Below, piece by piece: positions 1 through 6,352 of a stretch of 64,000 nucleotides of DNA. Below the pieces are notes generated by a model. It ran no database searches, was not told the origin of the DNA, and saw only the letters and a list, made by a program, of their open reading frames with translations. How positions within the stretch are numbered: the first letter of the stretch is position 1; each line of letters begins with the position of its first letter. The position numbers and the translations under genes are program-made. The stretch is from IMG/VR virus record IMGVR_UViG_3300046642_000296, positions 1-64,000 of that record. One strand, written 5' to 3'. Origin of the DNA: a virus.

Positions 1-2
1 TG

Positions 3-896
3 TGGCACGTCGCCAAGCTGCACTCGCTGCGACTCGGCGACAAGTGTCCGGACGTGTGGAACTACGCGTGTGACCACAACATCAACATCCCCCTGAAGGA
101 TGAGGGCTACTCGTTCGAAGGGACACAACCGTGTCTCGATGAGCAGTACCGCGGCATGGCCGAGGAAGACATCTACGACGCCATGCAGAAGAACGGCGGA
201 GGGGGCTTCACCGGCGCATTCGGTCCCGGTACCGGCCAGGACATCGTGCCCCTGACCCAGGACCAGAAGCACCAGGTAATCAACACGGTGGTCACTGCCG
301 TGCACCAGGCGAAGATCGCGGGGGCAGGGAACCTGCCGGGCGGCATCGAGCAGATCATCGACCAGTTCCTGGCGCCAGTGATCCCCTGGCAGACGCTGCT
401 GCACCGCTTCTTCACGCAGCTGCTCGATGAGGATTACACCTGGCGGCGGCCGAACCGCCGATACAGCGACATGTACCTGCCGAGCCGCTTCACCGATGAC
501 GGCCGGCTGGAGAACCTGCGCTACTACCTGGACGTGTCCGGCTCCATCTCGGATGCCGAGATCGTGCGTTTCAATTCCGAACTCAAGTTTGTGAAAGAAA
601 CGTACAACCCGGAAAAGCTGTCGATGGTCCTTTTCGACACCAGAATCCAGAAAACATACGATTTTGGGCCGGAAGATCCGTTCGATCGCGTGGTAGTGGT
701 CGGTCGTGGCGGCACCTCGCTTGACTGCGTACGTGCAGATATCTTGGAGGAGAAACCAACCGCTGCTATCATCTTCACCGACATGCAGTGCAGGGCAATG
801 CTGCCGCTCGGTCTCGACATTCCGGTGATCTGGATCGTGACGGGCTCAGGCGGCCACAAGCCGGCATTCGGCGAAGTGATTCACATTCGGGGGTAG
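3..896 (+). CDS. Metallopeptidase/vWA-domain protein (N4 gp25-like), 5'-truncated by the window edge
   Basis: The frame is open from position 3 (WHVAKLH..., likely the tail of an HExxH motif). It has WNYACD, YTWRRPNRR and the MIDAS motif DVSGS, and lies before dCTP deaminase as in N4. Confidence 0.85.
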   Translation, partial: WHVAKLHSLRLGDKCPDVWNYACDHNINIPLKDEGYSFEGTQPCLDEQYRGMAEEDIYDAMQKNGGGGFTGAFGPGTGQDIVPLTQDQKHQVINTVVTAVHQAKIAGAGNLPGGIEQIIDQFLAPVIPWQTLLHRFFTQLLDEDYTWRRPNRRYSDMYLPSRFTDDGRLENLRYYLDVSGSISDAEIVRFNSELKFVKETYNPEKLSMVLFDTRIQKTYDFGPEDPFDRVVVVGRGGTSLDCVRADILEEKPTAAIIFTDMQCRAMLPLGLDIPVIWIVTGSGGHKPAFGEVIHIRG

Positions 897-902
897 TTTC
901 AG

Positions 903-1439
903 ATGGTCGTCAATGGTTACAAGCTGTGGGGCTCACTGAGCCGTCAGGCACCCATCAAGGACATGTTTACCGGGAAACACAAGGCCCATGGCGTGAGCTA
1001 TGGGCTGAGCGAAGCCGGCTATGACATTCGCATCAAGCAGGAGATCCGCTTCGATGGGGACTACCGCGGCAGCCGTCGTGTGGCCGTCATCGAGCGCAAT
1101 GATGCTGGTCAGCTCTCGCACTTCACGCAGAGCGCGGGCAGCTTCACACTCGCCTCGGCCATGGAAGAGTTCGACATGCCCAGTGATCTGCTCGGCATCG
1201 TGCATGACAAGTCGAGCTGGGCACGTCGTGGCCTGTCCGTGTTCAACACCGTCATCGAGCCGGGATGGAAGGGATTCCTGACCCTCGAGCTCGTCTACCA
1301 CGGCAGCGACATCCTCGTGATTCCTGCCGGCGCTGGCATCGCCCAGGTGATCTTCCACCAGCTCTCTGAACACGCAGCCTACAACGGCAAATACCAGAAC
1401 CAGAAAGATGAGCCAGTCGCCGCTATTGCCTCTGTGTAA
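903..1439 (+). CDS. dcd: dCTP deaminase (N4 gp26-like)
   Basis: Motifs SYGLSEAGYDIR, HDKSSWARRGL, VIEPGWKGFLTLEL, IAQVIF and YNGKYQNQ. Confidence 0.92.
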   Translation: MVVNGYKLWGSLSRQAPIKDMFTGKHKAHGVSYGLSEAGYDIRIKQEIRFDGDYRGSRRVAVIERNDAGQLSHFTQSAGSFTLASAMEEFDMPSDLLGIVHDKSSWARRGLSVFNTVIEPGWKGFLTLELVYHGSDILVIPAGAGIAQVIFHQLSEHAAYNGKYQNQKDEPVAAIASV

Positions 1440-1620
1440 GGAATGCACGGAGCCCAACGCCTGGTCGCTGATGGGCAAGCGCTACCGGTTCATGTGTGGT
1501 GGCTGCTACCACAAGATCGAGGCCGATCTGCTGGCCTTCAAAGCCAGCTGTGGAAACAGCCTCGACACAGACCAGATCGACGTGATTGCTCGTCAGCTCA
1601 TAAGGCTCAACGCTGTATAG
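1408..1620 (+). CDS. Small hypothetical protein with CxxC...CxxC (possible Zn ribbon)
   Basis: Contains CKEC and CGGC, and overlaps the end of dcd in the same orientation. Confidence 0.5.
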   Translation: MSQSPLLPLCKECTEPNAWSLMGKRYRFMCGGCYHKIEADLLAFKASCGNSLDTDQIDVIARQLIRLNAV

Positions 1621-1665
1621 CGCCCTTGATTCGTGTTTTGTTTGGGGTCTGTCTGTCAGAAAGTG

Positions 1666-1694
1666 TTGACAGACAAGATTCAGTCAGACAGAAT
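1666..1694 (+). promoter_or_regulatory. Host sigma70-type promoter
   Basis: TTGACA (1666-1671), a 17-nt spacer, then CAGAAT (1689-1694), embedded in TCTGTCTG/CAGACAGA inverted repeats. Confidence 0.6.
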
Positions 1695-1711
1695 TAGAGT
1701 TATGTTTGAGG
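1694..1711 (+). promoter_or_regulatory. Conserved 18-bp intergenic motif copy
   Basis: TTAGAGTTATGTTTGAGG. Confidence 0.7.
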
Positions 1712-1719
1712 GAGGCGAA

Positions 1720-1851
1720 ATGTATTCCATCTGGAAGATCATTCTGACCGTCGCCCTGATCACAGAGCATTGGTCCCGTGCAGTGGACCGTGTACGTCCT
1801 GCATCCCCATCGCAACCTCGGGAGAGGCCCGAGCAGGACGAGTATGGCTAG
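1720..1851 (+). CDS. Small hypothetical peptide (43 aa, hydrophobic N-terminus)
   Basis: GGAGG RBS precedes ATG 1720; the product begins MYSIWKIILTVALITEHW. Confidence 0.5.
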   Translation: MYSIWKIILTVALITEHWSRAVDRVRPASPSQPRERPEQDEYG

Positions 1852-1879
1852 GGCAGACCTGAACCAGTAACTGCACATG

Positions 1880-2032
1880 TGGGCATTCAGGAGTGCTTTG
1901 GATGCCGCCGCTGGAGATATGGCTGGGCCTCAAGGCCGAAGGCAGAGGTGAATGCGCTGCGGCGCACATCAGTCCACTGTCAACGCGGAACAAGCGGATT
2001 CGACCGGGAGCTAAAGCACTCCGCAATGCCCA
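1880..2032 (+). ncRNA. Candidate structured non-coding RNA (~150 nt)
   Basis: TGGGCATT-ca-GGAGTGCTTTGG (1880-1901) pairs with CTAAAGCACTCC-gc-AATGCCCA (2011-2032). It has internal hairpins and is followed directly by a terminator. Confidence 0.55.
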
Positions 2033-2038
2033 TCAACG

Positions 2039-2070
2039 AGAGGTGAAGATCGCAAGGTCTTCGCCTCTTT
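2039..2070 (+). terminator. Rho-independent terminator-like hairpin
   Basis: AGAGGTGAAGATC-GCAA-GGTCTTCGCCTCT-TT. Confidence 0.65.
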
Positions 2071-2093
2071 CCATTTGTAAACGAGGAGAACCC

Positions 2094-2546
2094 ATGAACC
2101 AGAACAAATTGCTGGATGAAGTCGAGCATTGGCTCGAGCACCACCACACGATCCAGGGCCACCCGTTCAGCGAGGAAAGCCTGCTGGAGCGTATTCGCAA
2201 CGTGCGTGCGGACATCAAGCGCCAGGATGCGATCGCCGGCGTGGCCAAGCCGATGAACGGCAAGGATGTGATTCCGGAGATGACCGACCGGCTCGGTAAG
2301 CACTGGTCGCAACCGGATCGCCAGTACATATTCATCCGTGACGGCAAGGCGCACCTGTGCATGCAGGACTTCAGCAAGCTCAGCCAGTACGACACCACAT
2401 TCCCGTCGGGTGTCTACCCCGGCAAGATGTGGAAGCGCATCAACGGCGGCGTTGCGCACCTGTGCTGGTACGGCGAGGAAGTGAACGGCCGCTGTGAGAT
2501 CCACCACATGCAGATCGAGGTGGCTCAGGAAGCGGTGGCAGCGTGA
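2094..2546 (+). CDS. Hypothetical phage protein
   Basis: AGGAG RBS before ATG 2094 (MNQNKLL...). The C-terminal part has a LGKHWSQP...YDTTFPSGVYPGKMWKR segment. Confidence 0.75.
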   Translation: MNQNKLLDEVEHWLEHHHTIQGHPFSEESLLERIRNVRADIKRQDAIAGVAKPMNGKDVIPEMTDRLGKHWSQPDRQYIFIRDGKAHLCMQDFSKLSQYDTTFPSGVYPGKMWKRINGGVAHLCWYGEEVNGRCEIHHMQIEVAQEAVAA

Positions 2547-2734
2547 GCCATAAATTCAGCGAAGAGCGCAACCAATGGGTTGTCCAGGAAATGGAGCGCC
2601 GACTGGCAGAACTGATCCGGACCGCAAATAGCCTTGGTGTGGTGCTCACCATCGAGACAGTACCGCAGCTGCCGCTGCCCATGGGCAACCACCAGATGGT
2701 AGGCCATGTCCGACCTGCGCGCGGCAACTACTGA
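2543..2734 (+). CDS. Hypothetical protein
   Basis: GTGA overlap with the upstream stop; phage-like codon usage. Confidence 0.7.
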   Translation: MSHKFSEERNQWVVQEMERRLAELIRTANSLGVVLTIETVPQLPLPMGNHQMVGHVRPARGNY

Positions 2735-2749
2735 ACCAAGGGGAAGGCG

Positions 2750-2875
2750 ATGAACATTTTCGAATTCATGCAGAACAATCCGGTCCTGACGACTGTCATC
2801 TTCGCGCTGGCTGTGTACGGAGTGGTGGGCATCGTCGAAGCACTCATGGGCACCAAGGGAGGAAAGCGGCCGTGA
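2750..2875 (+). CDS. Small single-TM membrane peptide (41 aa)
   Basis: Read directly: MNIFEFMQNNPVLTTVIFALAVYGVVGIVEALMGTKGGKRP, with a purine-rich RBS. Confidence 0.7.
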   Translation: MNIFEFMQNNPVLTTVIFALAVYGVVGIVEALMGTKGGKRP

Positions 2876-3111
2876 AACAGATGATTGCACCGAACGGCCT
2901 GCGCATTGTCGGCACAGCTGACACTGTGAATGCGACGGCCGAAGTGACCGCATGGAGTGATGACGGTGTGCCGGATTACGACGGCGCAAGCGGCAGCGTG
3001 GTGGACTGGAACAGCCAGCTCACCCGCACGAACGCCAATGGCGTGATGCTCGTGGTCGATGAAGACGGCGAGGTCTGGCCGAAAGACATGTGCAAGCTGG
3101 TGGACGAATGA
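2872..3111 (+). CDS. Hypothetical protein
   Basis: GTGA coupling with a GGAGG RBS. Confidence 0.7.
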   Translation: MKQMIAPNGLRIVGTADTVNATAEVTAWSDDGVPDYDGASGSVVDWNSQLTRTNANGVMLVVDEDGEVWPKDMCKLVDE

Positions 3112-3602
3112 GCCAACTACCCAACGATATGGTGTCCTTCGTCGGTGCAATCACTGGGCTGGCGCCGTGGCAGAAAGGGCTCGTCGAGAAGCTGTCGAAG
3201 TCAAACTTCAGCAGCATCGAGCAGCGCATCCTGGCGCACATGCCTCACCCGCTGGACAGGTCCGGCCTAGATGATGTCATCCTGGGTGTGGACTGGGCCG
3301 ATGGTGTCGACCGCACTGCCATGGTTGCGGCTCAACTCCGCGGCGATGGCGTAATGGTCATCCTCGACGATCTGATGATGGTTGAGTACAAGACGGTCCC
3401 GGCCAGCGACATCTACAAGACCCGCTCGACACCGTTCCGTAATCCCGGCCTGATCGACGAGCTGCTGGCCATGGAAGCCCGTCTTCCTCCTCTGGCTCAG
3501 GAAGAACCGGAGCCAAGGGCAAGGAACGGCGCCAAGGCCAGCAAGAAAACCGAGCGGGCGAAAGCCAAGCTCCCCTTTTATCTGAAGAACCGGAGATTCT
3601 GA
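3108..3602 (+). CDS. Hypothetical protein
   Basis: ATGA coupling to the upstream gene (MSQLPND...). Confidence 0.7.
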   Translation: MSQLPNDMVSFVGAITGLAPWQKGLVEKLSKSNFSSIEQRILAHMPHPLDRSGLDDVILGVDWADGVDRTAMVAAQLRGDGVMVILDDLMMVEYKTVPASDIYKTRSTPFRNPGLIDELLAMEARLPPLAQEEPEPRARNGAKASKKTERAKAKLPFYLKNRRF

Positions 3603-3707
3603 ATGACCTTCTTCCAGTATCTGAATGACAACAGCGTCACCGTGATCATCGTTACTGCGCTGATTGTGTTCGGCGCCGTCGAAATCACCAAGCTGCTGCG
3701 CAAGTGA
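3603..3707 (+). CDS. Small single-TM membrane peptide (34 aa)
   Basis: Read directly: MTFFQYLNDNSVTVIIVTALIVFGAVEITKLLRK; it abuts the upstream stop. Confidence 0.65.
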   Translation: MTFFQYLNDNSVTVIIVTALIVFGAVEITKLLRK

Positions 3708-3712
3708 TCGCC

Positions 3713-3805
3713 ATGCGCAACTTCTTTCTCATTGGTAACTGTCCGAAGTGTGGCAAGCCGTGGCGTGACCACTACTTCGGCGTACCTGAGCCGGAATGTC
3801 CATAG
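3713..3805 (+). CDS. Tiny Cys/His peptide (30 aa)
   Basis: MRNFFLIGNCPKCGKPWRDHYFGVPEPECP fills the gap in a tightly packed operon. Confidence 0.5.
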   Translation: MRNFFLIGNCPKCGKPWRDHYFGVPEPECP

Positions 3806-3814
3806 GAGGTTCTG

Positions 3815-3976
3815 ATGCACCGCAACTGCAAGACGTACCGGGACGTGAAGGTCGCTCCCGGTTCGCAGCTCTACCAGGCGCTCGAAGACGGCGACAAAGC
3901 CAAGGCCGCAGCCATCTACGAGCAGTGCGAAAAGGATCTGGCCAAACTCGAAGGACGTAAAGATGGACAACCTTGA
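3815..3976 (+). CDS. Hypothetical protein (53 aa)
   Basis: AGGAGG RBS; the product begins MHRNCKTYRDVKVAPGSQLYQALEDG. Confidence 0.65.
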   Translation: MHRNCKTYRDVKVAPGSQLYQALEDGDKAKAAAIYEQCEKDLAKLEGRKDGQP

Positions 3977-4181
3977 ACTGTTACGTGCGGCCGTCGCTGC
4001 ACGCATCGCGTACTGGAACGCAGTCGGTGCGCTTGAAAAGGCACTGTGCCCGGATGGCATCAGCGATCGGGCCAGCGACAAGCTGCACGACTTCCTGAAC
4101 GATCTGGCTGCAGCAGGAGAGCCGGAACAGGTAACGGAAGCTGAGCTCGCCCGTGTGATTGAAATCGCAGGGTGGGTATAG
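3963..4181 (+). CDS. Hypothetical protein
   Basis: ORF in the + strand operon with an RBS. Confidence 0.65.
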   Translation: MDNLELLRAAVAARIAYWNAVGALEKALCPDGISDRASDKLHDFLNDLAAAGEPEQVTEAELARVIEIAGWV

Positions 4182-4190
4182 GGGATTCTG

Positions 4191-4526
4191 ATGAACAGAG
4201 GCCAACAAGCACGGCTCCTCGCCATTGCGGAGTCGCTGGGCAAGAGCACCAACGTGCTGGACAGGGATGCAGCAGTTGCTATGCATGAGCTGCTGGCACC
4301 GAGGTGCACGCATCGCATCGTGGATGCCCGTAACAAGGTCGTGCAGTCAGGCTTCATGTGCATTGACTGCGGCGCGGTGTTTGCAGGTATCCATCCGGCG
4401 ACGCAGCCAGTGCTGATAGAAGCAGGCATTGCCGGTGCCATGCCAGGCACCGATGCCTGGACCATCACGGTCTGCTCAGCCGAAACCGTTCCGACTGGAA
4501 CGCAGCTTTACAAGAAAGGTGTGTAA
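4191..4526 (+). CDS. Hypothetical protein (CTH...CIDC, possible Zn ligand set)
   Basis: ORF in the + strand operon. Confidence 0.65.
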   Translation: MNRGQQARLLAIAESLGKSTNVLDRDAAVAMHELLAPRCTHRIVDARNKVVQSGFMCIDCGAVFAGIHPATQPVLIEAGIAGAMPGTDAWTITVCSAETVPTGTQLYKKGV

Positions 4527-5003
4527 GTGTCCCGGACTCATTTTCATCGATCGGTTAAACGGCCGGTCAAGCTGCCCGCACTGTTCCGGCGCTCACAGCA
4601 AGCTGAACTCAGTCTGAAGCTGATCCCGCATGCCCACCTGCTATCCCTGACGGATGGCCGTGGAGATGAGGACAGCTTCCTCACGATTGTGTTCCGTGTG
4701 ATCGTCGGCACCACACTAGTCTGCTATGTCGATGATGCCGGCCGTGAAGAGCTCGAAAAGATCTTCAAGCCTGCAATCAACAGCCTCATTTCGATAGGTG
4801 ACCGTGCAAGCAAGCTCGGCAAGTTTGGTTGTGCAGGTGATGAGTTGCTGTCCATCAAGGAAGCGCTGAATCTCACCGACGATCTGCAGACAGTTTCCAC
4901 CCGTAGACAGCAGGCTGAGATGTGCGCGAAGGTCGAGAAGTTCGTGGGCGGCTTCGAGTACACCATGCGCAACCTCAAGACACTTCAAGGAAGGTATCAG
5001 TGA
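4527..5003 (+). CDS. Hypothetical protein
   Basis: Abuts the upstream stop and overlaps the thyX start. Confidence 0.7.
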   Translation: MSRTHFHRSVKRPVKLPALFRRSQQAELSLKLIPHAHLLSLTDGRGDEDSFLTIVFRVIVGTTLVCYVDDAGREELEKIFKPAINSLISIGDRASKLGKFGCAGDELLSIKEALNLTDDLQTVSTRRQQAEMCAKVEKFVGGFEYTMRNLKTLQGRYQ

Positions 5004-5908
5004 CCATCACCGCATCCATCATCGCAGACAGTATCAGTCCGGCCGGCAAACGGCTCACCACGATGCAGCTGCGCTATCCCCGCTTCATTCACGCGGAGTT
5101 CATGACACACCGCGTGTTCAGCCGCAACGCATCGAGCAGCCGGGCCATCCCGGTGGCCAAGATGATCGAAGACCTTCGCCGTGATCCGGCCATGCCGGTC
5201 TACTGGGGCAGCAACAAGCCCGGCATGCAGGCAGGGGATTCACTTCATGGCATCGATCTGGACCATGTGAAAGCAACCTGGTTGCAAGGCATGGACCGGG
5301 CAATCGGATCCGCCGAACGCATGATGGAACTGGGTCTGCACAAGCAGATTGCCAACCGGGTGCTGGAGCCATGGGCGCATATCAACGTGGTCGTCACAGG
5401 CACCGAGTGGGCCAACTTCTTCAAGTTGCGCTGCCATGCGGATGCCCAACCCGAGATCAAGGTGCTGGCTGAAGCGATGGAGCAGGCCATGCAGCTGTCA
5501 CTCCCCCAACTGGTTCAGGAAGGTGAGTGGCACCTGCCCTATATTCAGTTTGACAGGGATTGGGCAGTCGCCTCGAAACATTGTCAGAAAGGCCGAATCA
5601 CCCGCGACATGCCCGGCAAGCACGAGATCTACGCCGTGCTGCGCAAGGTGTCGACCGCCCGTTGTGCCCGTGTCAGTTACCTGACCCATGACGGCCGGCA
5701 GACCACTGTGCAGGAAGACATCGACCTGTATCACCGGCTGGTCGTGGCCGAGCCACTGCATGCATCACCAGCTGAGCACCAGGCCACGCCAGACCGTTGG
5801 CTGGAAGGTGAGAAACACGGTTACTGGGAGCATGAAGAACTGCACGGCAACCTGGTTGGCTGGCAACAGCACAGAAAAATGTTGCCCGGCGAACATACTC
5901 CTGGTTAG
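5000..5908 (+). CDS. thyX: FAD-dependent thymidylate synthase ThyX/Thy1 (N4 gp30-like)
   Basis: Motifs HAEFMTHRVFSRNASSSRAIP, HKQIANRVLEP, LRCHADAQPEI and HASPAEHQA; GTG start at 5000. Confidence 0.9.
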   Translation: MTITASIIADSISPAGKRLTTMQLRYPRFIHAEFMTHRVFSRNASSSRAIPVAKMIEDLRRDPAMPVYWGSNKPGMQAGDSLHGIDLDHVKATWLQGMDRAIGSAERMMELGLHKQIANRVLEPWAHINVVVTGTEWANFFKLRCHADAQPEIKVLAEAMEQAMQLSLPQLVQEGEWHLPYIQFDRDWAVASKHCQKGRITRDMPGKHEIYAVLRKVSTARCARVSYLTHDGRQTTVQEDIDLYHRLVVAEPLHASPAEHQATPDRWLEGEKHGYWEHEELHGNLVGWQQHRKMLPGEHTPG

Positions 5909-5922
5909 AATTAAGTTTGTGG
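5905..5922 (+). promoter_or_regulatory. Conserved 18-bp motif copy
   Basis: TTAGAATTAAGTTTGTGG. Confidence 0.6.
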
Positions 5923-5963
5923 AGACGTTTTCTGGGGTTAGCTATCCCTGAAAGCGCGTGTTT

Positions 5964-5994
5964 GAGGGCGGCATTCCGTGTCGCCCTCTTTTTT
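5964..5994 (+). terminator. Rho-independent terminator
   Basis: GAGGGCGGCA-TTCCG-TGTCGCCCTC-TTTTTT. Confidence 0.8.
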
Positions 5995-6003
5995 ACTCCA
6001 TTG

Positions 6004-6021
6004 TTCGATATAAGTTTGAGG
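6004..6021 (+). promoter_or_regulatory. Conserved 18-bp motif copy overlapping an RBS
   Basis: TTCGATATAAGTTTGAGG, 5 nt before ATG 6027. Confidence 0.7.
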
Positions 6022-6026
6022 TCGTC

Positions 6027-6350
6027 ATGTTGTCTGAAAAGCAGTACCGGGCAGCACTCGATGTCGTGCTGAACATACCGAAGGGCTTCGGAGCCAACTG
6101 GAACAACGACTTCATCCTGGGCCTGGCCATGAATGGCCTGTGCCTGCTGCCGATCACCGACCCACAGCCGCCGTTTGCGCATTACGTCATGGCGCCTTGG
6201 GCAGAGATGGAAGACAGAGATATCGCATTTCACCGACTCGGCGAGCCCCTGAAGGGCAGCGCCTGGTCCGATAGCTGGATCGTTGACCACGACTGGAAGG
6301 AACACGTCCGACCGGTTGCCATCTTCAACTTCACTCCACTTAAAAAATAA
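6027..6350 (+). CDS. Hypothetical protein
   Basis: GAGG RBS; first gene of the rII unit. Confidence 0.7.
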   Translation: MLSEKQYRAALDVVLNIPKGFGANWNNDFILGLAMNGLCLLPITDPQPPFAHYVMAPWAEMEDRDIAFHRLGEPLKGSAWSDSWIVDHDWKEHVRPVAIFNFTPLKK

Positions 6351-6352
6351 TC

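Noticed and set aside
1990-2010. GGATTCGACC as part of a tRNA or tmRNA
   Set aside because: No cloverleaf, acceptor stem, CCA end or tag ORF could be built around it, and I found no tRNA genes in the window.
1893-2093. N-terminal extension of the 1893..2546 ORF
   Set aside because: It runs through the structured element and terminator; the strong AGGAG RBS supports a start at 2094.
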